Below, piece by piece: positions 57,152-64,000 of a DNA stretch of 64,000 nucleotides. The notes beneath the pieces were generated by a model that was given only the letters and a program-made list of their open reading frames with translations, made no database searches and was not told the DNA's origin. The stretch is from a virus, in IMG/VR virus record IMGVR_UViG_3300033143_002274, positions 11,167 through 75,166 of that record; one strand, given 5' to 3'. Within the stretch, counting starts at the first letter, position 1. Each line of letters begins with the position of its first letter. The position numbers and the translations under genes were made by a program.

Positions 57152-57856
57152 ATGTCAACAAAAAATAGACGCAAGATTGATAATAATGGAGAGGCTATAC
57201 CATTTCATATTACTGAATATGTTAACTCAAAAACATATAACATTTATCTCAATGAAGAAATTATTGAAGCAGAACATTACTCGGCATTGTTTCATTTGCT
57301 TCGTAGTGTTGGTGAATATGATATTGTTAAGTTTTATATCAATTCGCCCGGCGGTAATCTGTTCACCGGAGTACAGTTAATAAGTTGTATGAAGCAAAGT
57401 ATGGCACACATAGTAACCATACTAGATGGACAGGCAATGAGTCTTGCCCCACTAATTTTGTTTGCAGGGGATGACATACAGATTAGTGAGAATTCATTAA
57501 TCATGTTCCATCATTACAGTTCGTGGGGTGGTGGTAAAGGTAATGAACAATTATCTAATGCTAAAGCAATGAATGAATTCTATAAGAACACACTGATAAA
57601 ATACGGTAAACCTTTTCTTAATGATAATGAGATTGAACAAATTATTGACGGGAAGGATTTGTACTTTGGTGATGATATCATTAATGAACGTATTGATTCC
57701 ATCACTGAATCATATGAAGACGATGAAGCTGAAGATTGTAAACAAGAAGAAGCACCAGAATGTCCTTCGAGTGGTCAGATAAATTTAGACTTTGGTAGTG
57801 ATGATATCGTTACTAACACTGATGCTGATTCTGGCGAATACACCCTTACTAAATAA
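57152..57856 (+). CDS. clpP: Second ClpP-like serine protease; start refined to 57152
   Basis: INSPGG, AMSLA, MFH, GKDLYF. Confidence 0.85.
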   Translation: MSTKNRRKIDNNGEAIPFHITEYVNSKTYNIYLNEEIIEAEHYSALFHLLRSVGEYDIVKFYINSPGGNLFTGVQLISCMKQSMAHIVTILDGQAMSLAPLILFAGDDIQISENSLIMFHHYSSWGGGKGNEQLSNAKAMNEFYKNTLIKYGKPFLNDNEIEQIIDGKDLYFGDDIINERIDSITESYEDDEAEDCKQEEAPECPSSGQINLDFGSDDIVTNTDADSGEYTLTK

Positions 57857-57860
57857 TGAT

Positions 57861-58160
57861 ATGAGTGCAGTAAGTAAAGTTGGGGATATGGGAATTGGAA
57901 CTTGCCCATGTCATAAAAGTCCGGTAGGATACACCACAGTTTTTGTTTCAGGTGCTGGTAGTGTTAACACTAATGGTGCTGCCACCTGTAACTACACAAC
58001 AATTGGGATTGCAAGTTGTGGTCATCCAACGGTTGTGTTGACGGTGAGTGGCACAGTAAATGCTGAAGGATCAGGAGTACATCGTATAGGAGATTTGGGT
58101 GAAAACTGTGGTGGGTATGTTACCACTACAGGTTCAGGTAATGTTAATGCAGGAGGTTAG
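57861..58160 (+). CDS. PAAR-like spike tip protein; start refined to 57861
   Basis: SKVGD...CPCH, SCGH, HRIGD, GSGNVNAGG. Confidence 0.85.
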   Translation: MSAVSKVGDMGIGTCPCHKSPVGYTTVFVSGAGSVNTNGAATCNYTTIGIASCGHPTVVLTVSGTVNAEGSGVHRIGDLGENCGGYVTTTGSGNVNAGG

Positions 58161-58161
58161 T

Positions 58162-58467
58162 ATGGTTTACGAAGGTTATAAATCGACACAATCCACAATC
58201 AGATTATTGGAAAAACATTATCCTAACTTCACATACAAGTGCAGACAAGAATATATTGATGACGAACTGTATATAGGAACTGATTTAAAAACGTTACGGG
58301 TGTTTGCCAAGAAAGTATTCTATCCTATAAACTTGAAAAACCTGATGGCACAAACTAGTGGCAAAGATTGGATACCAGCAGTAAGAGACAAAGAACTAAA
58401 CGATTTTCTGAACTTCATAGAAAATGCGGAAGACATACAACAAATATTATTAATGAGTGAGTTATAA
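58162..58467 (+). CDS. Small protein, paralog family A; start refined to 58162
   Basis: LLEKHYPNF...FLNFIENAEDIQQILLMSEL; AGGAGG RBS. Confidence 0.65.
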   Translation: MVYEGYKSTQSTIRLLEKHYPNFTYKCRQEYIDDELYIGTDLKTLRVFAKKVFYPINLKNLMAQTSGKDWIPAVRDKELNDFLNFIENAEDIQQILLMSEL

Positions 58468-59847
58468 ATGCCAGTACATGCATCATCTGTTATATCAACA
58501 ACAATCAACACGTTCGACTCTGAACTTTATGTCACACTTACTGACATGGAAAACAATCAGTACACTGCTGGTACTAATGGTCAGTTAACTGAATACCAGC
58601 CACTATTCCAAGATCTAAGTGACAGCATTATTGCATGGATGAATATTGACCGTTCAGATAAGATTACTGACTTGATTCAGGGTCTATATGGTTACAAAAC
58701 TTTCATTGACAATTATGGTACTGATGATACATTGATTGCAACCAGTGATGCTAATGTGTTGATGGGTATGGATGGCTTCAGGGACGATATGAAGGATGTT
58801 AATTTATTCAATCGTAGTGAAGAATTCGATGATATTGCGTGGGGTAAGGGTGGAAATATAACAGTAACACCAAATGATACAACATCACCTTTTGGTGATG
58901 TTACTGCCGATAAATTTTCCTTATCTGCTGGCCTTGGTTATGGTTACATTCGCAAAGGTGCAACTGTAACCATAAATGATCAGTATACAGTAAGTGGGTA
59001 TGTAAAAAAAGATACACATAAATATATTGGTATAAGAATTTATGGTAGTGGGACACATGCCACTTTTGATTTAGATACGTTAACATGGACTAACACTTCA
59101 AACTTTGACAGTTTTTCTTATGAAGATGCTGGTAATGGTTGGTATCGTATTATTGTTACTGGGACAGTTCCTGCTACTGGATTTAATTATGCTGGATTTT
59201 GTGTAGTTGATAGTGCTGGTGCTGAATATTGGACTCCTTCTGGTGGAGAATCTTTATTTTTATGGGGGGGTCAAATGGTCAAAAGTGATGTACCCAGAGC
59301 ATATTATAAAACTGAAGCTACTGCTGCTGATAACTATGTAACGCAGTATGATGATTACCCCACACTAACTTTTGCTGGAAGCACCATCACTCGTAGTACA
59401 GGTAGTTGGATTGATGATGGCTTCATTGATGCTCTGAGTGTTACTGTAACAGGTTCAACCAGTAATAATACAACACTGACCGTAAGCACAAGTGGTGTAA
59501 CCGCATTAGTATTAACCGTTGATGAAACCTTGTCTGCTGAATCAAATAGTGCTAATGTTATCGTATCAGGTACAGGCGCACGTATGAGTGATTCTGCTAT
59601 GTCCACAGATAAAGGGTTGATTGATAATGCATTCACATCACAAGAAGATCCTAATACAGATTCTTTGATAACTGGATATACCGCACCAATCAAAGGTCAA
59701 ATTTTCATTATGCTGTTTGCTGATGTTACCCCCATAGGATCATCAACTAAAGATCAACTGAATACTTATATATTTGACACGTTGCATTACCGTACCGTAT
59801 TTGATAATATGAACACTGGTAGTTATGTAGCACCAACCGCACCATAA
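58468..59847 (+). CDS. Virion-associated protein with two shuffled beta domains
   Basis: NLFNRSEEF..W domain shared with gp6; GSWIDDGF module. Confidence 0.65.
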   Translation: MPVHASSVISTTINTFDSELYVTLTDMENNQYTAGTNGQLTEYQPLFQDLSDSIIAWMNIDRSDKITDLIQGLYGYKTFIDNYGTDDTLIATSDANVLMGMDGFRDDMKDVNLFNRSEEFDDIAWGKGGNITVTPNDTTSPFGDVTADKFSLSAGLGYGYIRKGATVTINDQYTVSGYVKKDTHKYIGIRIYGSGTHATFDLDTLTWTNTSNFDSFSYEDAGNGWYRIIVTGTVPATGFNYAGFCVVDSAGAEYWTPSGGESLFLWGGQMVKSDVPRAYYKTEATAADNYVTQYDDYPTLTFAGSTITRSTGSWIDDGFIDALSVTVTGSTSNNTTLTVSTSGVTALVLTVDETLSAESNSANVIVSGTGARMSDSAMSTDKGLIDNAFTSQEDPNTDSLITGYTAPIKGQIFIMLFADVTPIGSSTKDQLNTYIFDTLHYRTVFDNMNTGSYVAPTAP

Positions 59848-59860
59848 AAGGAAAATCAAA

Positions 59861-60151
59861 ATGGGTAAACGTAAAGGTTCAAGTAAGCAAGGCAAACTTA
59901 ATTACAATCTGTATGCATCTGATATGAGATCTCATACCAATCGTACTGCTCGTCTTGAGAAGCATTGTAAAAACTTCCCTGAAGATAAACAGGCAAAATC
60001 ATCACTTAAAAAAGGTCTTGCTGATTACAGACGGTATGCTCCACGAAATAAGATATGGACTGCAACCAATCGGTACTTTGCTCAACTTTTCGTCAAAGCA
60101 GGAATGAACGGTAATGACGCACTCCCAAAGAAAGAGTTCAGTAAAACTTAA
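59861..60151 (+). CDS. Small basic hypothetical protein
   Basis: AAGGA RBS; NR.ARLEKH...P.D.QA. Confidence 0.65.
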   Translation: MGKRKGSSKQGKLNYNLYASDMRSHTNRTARLEKHCKNFPEDKQAKSSLKKGLADYRRYAPRNKIWTATNRYFAQLFVKAGMNGNDALPKKEFSKT

Positions 60152-60371
60152 AAGTCATGATCACTTCAGGGAAGTTATATTAAGTAATTTCCCTGAATTG
60201 CAACATAAGATATTCATAATTGATCATGTTACAGTTGGTGATATTAAATATCTTATGAATTTATGTAATTTTGACGGTGATCCCAGATCTTCTGGTGCTA
60301 TTATTAAATTAGAACCATTGACTAATTATATGATTGACAATAAGCATATGTATGAGTGGTGGCAATTGTGA
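60114..60371 (+). CDS. Small protein, paralog family A
   Basis: HFREVILSNFPEL...NYMIDNKHMYEWWQL. Confidence 0.7.
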   Translation: MTHSQRKSSVKLKSHDHFREVILSNFPELQHKIFIIDHVTVGDIKYLMNLCNFDGDPRSSGAIIKLEPLTNYMIDNKHMYEWWQL

Positions 60372-60583
60372 ACGTTACTGACTTCAGGTATAATGTTTAT
60401 AATTTATTCCCAGATATCATGACACATAAACACCTACTTACTGATGGCAACATTAACACAATGAAATTGGTAAAAGCTACTAATTACGATGTAAATTTCG
60501 ATTACGAAAATAGAACTACATATGATAGTTTCTATGAGTACCTTGAAGAAAATCAACACATGTATGAATGGTGGATGTTATGA
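60368..60583 (+). CDS. Small protein, paralog family A (GTG start)
   Basis: DFRYNVYNLFPDI...FYEYLEENQHMYEWWML. Confidence 0.7.
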   Translation: MNVTDFRYNVYNLFPDIMTHKHLLTDGNINTMKLVKATNYDVNFDYENRTTYDSFYEYLEENQHMYEWWML

Positions 60584-60972
60584 ATGACCCAAGAATAATT
60601 CAGAATATGATACGTACTCCCGATGGCAGAATTCTTGTCAGTGGTAGTGTGCATGATTACAGAGCGTACACTGATGCCAATGGATTTCAATACATGGTTG
60701 ATGGTGGCAGAAGTTATCTGAGGCGTAATCTTGTTAGGGAAGCACCCTATGAAGAACTATCTTTATTTGAGGGTGATCCACATGACAAGGTTCGTGTTAA
60801 TTTTACATGGGGTAGCAGGGGGGTTAATGGTGATCAACCATTAGTTTTCAATCTATTAAAAGACTTGGATGTTGACCACGTAAAAGCTATAATCGAAACC
60901 CAGAAACATCTACCTGATTACATGGTGGATGTGTTCAAAGCAGAATTGGAATACAGAAATGAAAAAAAGTAA
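60580..60972 (+). CDS. Conserved hypothetical phage protein
   Basis: IRTPDG..L.S..VHDY, MVDGG.SYLRR, WG.RG..GDQP. Confidence 0.7.
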   Translation: MNDPRIIQNMIRTPDGRILVSGSVHDYRAYTDANGFQYMVDGGRSYLRRNLVREAPYEELSLFEGDPHDKVRVNFTWGSRGVNGDQPLVFNLLKDLDVDHVKAIIETQKHLPDYMVDVFKAELEYRNEKK

Positions 60973-61879
60973 CATATGGTATGAGAAGTACCAACCAAAA
61001 GATTTAGAGGAATTCATTTTTGCTAATGAGTCTGATGAAAAGTTGTTTAACTCTTTTGCTGACAATAAGGATATTCCTAACTTACTGATCTCTGGGATAC
61101 AGGGTACTGGCAAGTCATCAATGGTTGCCATCCTTATCAATGAATTGGGTATCAACAAATTTGACACAAAGATTATCAACGGTTCATCTAAGACAGGTGT
61201 TGATAACATCCGTAATAGTGTTGAAGGTTTTGCAAAAACATTAGGCACTGGTAAATTTAAAGTTGTTGTGTTTGAAGAAGCAGAAGAACTTTCGTTACAG
61301 GCACAAAAAGCATTACGTATGATCATAGATAATGCACCAGAAACAGTTAAATGGATCTTCACCAGTAATTATCCTGATAAGATTATTCCTGCACTTCACA
61401 GCAGATTACAACATGTACACATCACCCAATTAGATTATGAGTCTATCGTGGAACGTGTCCTTGAAATTATGGTGAGTGAGTCTGTTGAATTCACCAAAGA
61501 AGAAGACATTTATACACATATTGATGCGTACACTCCCGACTTACGTAAGATTATTACAAGCATCCAACAACATTCTATGTCAGGTACATTGCAACCATTA
61601 ACTGAACGTAGTGCTGGTAGTAACGGGTTTGATGAATGGGAACAGTTATGGAAAGATGTTCCTGATAAAGATGATGTTATGCATCTTATCCCCCAGTTAG
61701 ATTTGTCCAGTGTCGATAAGTATTACAGGGTGATGTATGAAAGTATCACTGGTGTAAGTAAAGAACTTAATGAAGATGCAATTGTTACCATTGCAGATCA
61801 TTTGTATAAGTCAAACTTTGTTGCCGATCAAGAAATCAATCTTATGGCATGTATCATACTGATGTACAGCAGTGACTAA
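60959..61879 (+). CDS. gp44: Sliding clamp loader large subunit; start refined to 60959
   Basis: WYEKYQP, IPNLL..G.QGTGKS, INGS, EEAE.L, ALR, LHSR, DLRK. Confidence 0.93.
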   Translation: MKKSNIWYEKYQPKDLEEFIFANESDEKLFNSFADNKDIPNLLISGIQGTGKSSMVAILINELGINKFDTKIINGSSKTGVDNIRNSVEGFAKTLGTGKFKVVVFEEAEELSLQAQKALRMIIDNAPETVKWIFTSNYPDKIIPALHSRLQHVHITQLDYESIVERVLEIMVSESVEFTKEEDIYTHIDAYTPDLRKIITSIQQHSMSGTLQPLTERSAGSNGFDEWEQLWKDVPDKDDVMHLIPQLDLSSVDKYYRVMYESITGVSKELNEDAIVTIADHLYKSNFVADQEINLMACIILMYSSD

Positions 61880-62178
61880 TGGAAAATCTTGAATTCGAAA
61901 GAGCATTCAAAAAAGAATTTCCTGAATTCGATTATCTGTTTGACCAATTTAAAAATTTCACTAATGAGTTTAACAATGGCGGCACACCATTCGTACAATA
62001 TGTCGTTGAATATGTTTTTGAATTGGTAGATACTGATAACGAATATCGTGGGTTCAGTGGTGACAAATATTCCGAAGAAACATACATTAAGGGTGAAACC
62101 CAATACAGTAGGGCGAATCAATACACCTTTAATTTCTTGAAAGAGAAAAAGCACATGCTTGTATTTTGGTTGTTATAG
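61879..62178 (+). CDS. Small protein, paralog family A
   Basis: EFERAFKKEFPEF...FNFLKEKKHMLVFWLL. Confidence 0.7.
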   Translation: MENLEFERAFKKEFPEFDYLFDQFKNFTNEFNNGGTPFVQYVVEYVFELVDTDNEYRGFSGDKYSEETYIKGETQYSRANQYTFNFLKEKKHMLVFWLL

Positions 62179-62493
62179 ATTGATAAGTATTTTTGGGTTC
62201 TTCGGTTTACGTTTCTTTGGTATAACTTTAAATTTGTTCATGCACCGTTGTCTTTGTATACCCATAATTTTATACAAAACGTCTTGTGAATAATTTTCAG
62301 GGAGTTCAATGGATGCAGTGCACTTATGTTCTTTGACAAAAGTTATTACTACGTGATTGGGTCTTATAAATTCTTGGTCTTCATCGAAGGTGCGTTCGGT
62401 CACAATGTTAATCTTGTTTTTATCAATAGTGTCTGCTGCTAATGTATAACCATTAGATGACAGTAATGCTGCTATTAATAATAGAATATCCAT
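62173..62493 (-). CDS. Hypothetical exported protein
   Basis: Signal-peptide-like N-terminus. Confidence 0.55.
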   Translation of the reverse strand: MDILLLIAALLSSNGYTLAADTIDKNKINIVTERTFDEDQEFIRPNHVVITFVKEHKCTASIELPENYSQDVLYKIMGIQRQRCMNKFKVIPKKRKPKNPKILINL

Positions 62494-62494
62494 A

Positions 62495-63217
62495 TTAACC
62501 TATAAGAAATACGCTTCCTGCAATATCACCATCAACATAATCGCCTATTGCTTCGATTAATAGTAGTTGTTCTTCTTTACCTTCAGCTATCATAGCATCA
62601 CCAGCCAGACCAGTTTCCCCAGACGGACTTGTTAATGATTGGAACTTACGGTAAGCATTACCCAATAATATTTTAGCTTCTGCCATTGTAAAATTTCTTA
62701 CCCAGATAACATCTTCATATTCTTCATCAGTAAGGTCAGCATAAACTTCTAACATCCATGTTTCGTCTATTGGTGGGTTATCTAAAAGTGTCAGGGTGTT
62801 AGTACGCTTCTTCCATATGAACTGTGTATCGTTAAGCAGATATATGTTTATGTTATCAAGTTTTTGCATACCCAATTCATAAGTTACCATACTTGCACCA
62901 CCACCAAACATACCACTCATCATTTCATTGAAGTAAGAAACATGATGTGGGTTAGCAGGACTGAATGAACTACGTGGTTTAATTATTTTTACTATTGTGT
63001 CAATGTTATCAGAAGCTGGTAGTATGTAATCAAACGTATCTGTTAATACTGCCAGTGAAGTAATTTTTCTGTCGTAGTTGTTATTACCACGTTGTTGAAA
63101 TATACGTTTTGCTTTATCAAATGAATAATCATAATCTGCCTGAGTCAGTTCAACGTCAATGAGGTTTCCACCTAATGACGTTTCAATATCAGCCTTGAAC
63201 GTATCTGTAATTGACAT
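62495..63217 (-). CDS. gp13: Neck protein
   Basis: LGG.LIDVELT, WV......AK..LG....KF, P.G...L.G......EG..E, F.IG. Confidence 0.85.
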   Translation of the reverse strand: MSITDTFKADIETSLGGNLIDVELTQADYDYSFDKAKRIFQQRGNNNYDRKITSLAVLTDTFDYILPASDNIDTIVKIIKPRSSFSPANPHHVSYFNEMMSGMFGGGASMVTYELGMQKLDNINIYLLNDTQFIWKKRTNTLTLLDNPPIDETWMLEVYADLTDEEYEDVIWVRNFTMAEAKILLGNAYRKFQSLTSPSGETGLAGDAMIAEGKEEQLLLIEAIGDYVDGDIAGSVFLIG

Positions 63218-63810
63218 TACGTGATATCCGCAATGTATTCTTTAAATGTCTTGTTGTATTTGTCTGAGCAAAATGAATCTATAAAGTCAATTGCATCTTT
63301 CGGATCAGTGATTGCATTTTCGTTTAGCAATACGTCTTTGTTATAGATTGAAATTAATGAACCTATATTTTTTGCTTCTGCCAAAGATTTGATGGTGTCA
63401 TCAAGACGTTCCATAATTGGTTTTGTCTTGGTTACTTTAACTGAACTGATTGATATACCAGCAACAACATCTTCCTTAACAACCTTCTCAGTCTTAACAG
63501 CAGACTTCACCGAAGTTGTTATTGATATTGGTTGTATAAATTCTACATTAGTTTTTAAAGGTTCAAAGTACTTAGTATTCTCGATTACAAATGCCATTTT
63601 TGCAGCATAGGTTTTCGCCTTGAGCACATTAGACAGGATTGGTATTTGTATTTCAACAACACCCTCCACCAATGTCCCTCTTAAGGATATATCCATCCCT
63701 TCATTTTCTATAACGAAGTTTACATCTACCTTTTCGTTGGTGATACCAGTGATATCAACCTCGAAAGATAAGGTGTTCTGTTCATTCAATATTAGTTCTA
63801 GCGTTTCCAT
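63217..63810 (-). CDS. Hypothetical virion protein
   Basis: Coupled to gp13; beta-rich N-terminus, LxE sites in C-terminus. Confidence 0.6.
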   Translation of the reverse strand: METLELILNEQNTLSFEVDITGITNEKVDVNFVIENEGMDISLRGTLVEGVVEIQIPILSNVLKAKTYAAKMAFVIENTKYFEPLKTNVEFIQPISITTSVKSAVKTEKVVKEDVVAGISISSVKVTKTKPIMERLDDTIKSLAEAKNIGSLISIYNKDVLLNENAITDPKDAIDFIDSFCSDKYNKTFKEYIADIT

Positions 63811-64000
63811 AGCGAAATTTCGATTTCTCCAAGTTTTTTCTTTATACCTTTTACGACAATTTTCACATTGTCCATTACTTTATTTATCACTTTTGTGATC
63901 CTTATTAGTATTAATCCCTTAGATTCGTCAACTATGTATTCCTTCTGCCACGTATGACGCTTATGACGTATCGTAAATGTTATCTTATGTCTTTGTGGCA
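63798..64000 (-). CDS. 3' end of hypothetical basic protein entering from outside window
   Basis: Manual translation ...PQRHKITFTIRHKRHTWQKEYIVDE...EISLWKR*. Confidence 0.55.
   Translation of the reverse strand, partial: PQRHKITFTIRHKRHTWQKEYIVDESKGLILIRITKVINKVMDNVKIVVKGIKKKLGEIEISLWKR

Noticed and set aside
144-63898. Many antisense or out-of-frame ORFs in the track (e.g. 2361-2825, 18148-18651, 23197-23769, 24691-25245, 34315-34884, 46905-47432)
   Set aside because: Shadow frames of well-supported genes; no RBS, promoter or recognisable motifs
1-64000. Alternative genetic code or inteins/introns in core genes
   Set aside because: Core genes are full length in the standard code, all three stops are used, and terminase, helicase, recombinase and portal have normal sizes

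Overview
AT-rich, gene-dense fragment of a large lytic T4-related myovirus (divergent, jumbo-phage-like). Spanins, perfect sigma70 promoters and an outer-membrane anchor point to a Gram-negative host. It carries the head module (gp22 partial, gp21, portal gp20, gp2, gp13, terminase), tail and baseplate (gp18, gp19 plus paralogs, gp26/gp51, tape measure, gp53, gp27-like, gp5, gp25, gp6, fibres, PAAR) and a lysis cassette. It also carries recombination/replication genes (gp46/47, uvsX/Y/W, clamp loader, a DnaE fragment), the late sigma gp55, PhoH, two ClpP-like proteases and a GroES. All product calls are from motif recognition, not database searches. Most notable by eye: (1) about 17 small proteins in two paralog families that share a hydrophobic C-terminal tail ending in Leu; (2) about a dozen proteins with capsid-targeting-like MKL..E leaders, including an ATP-grasp ligase, two GNATs, a GP88-like Cys-cluster protein and three glycine-zipper membrane proteins; (3) at least 8 late genes whose ATG sits at the predicted +1 of a TAAATA promoter (leaderless); (4) a late-promoter-driven ~60-nt hairpin RNA exposing an anti-Shine-Dalgarno loop; (5) an HUH Rep-like gene beside a 700-bp hairpin-rich non-coding region; (6) a probable +1 frameshift joining gp26 and gp51.
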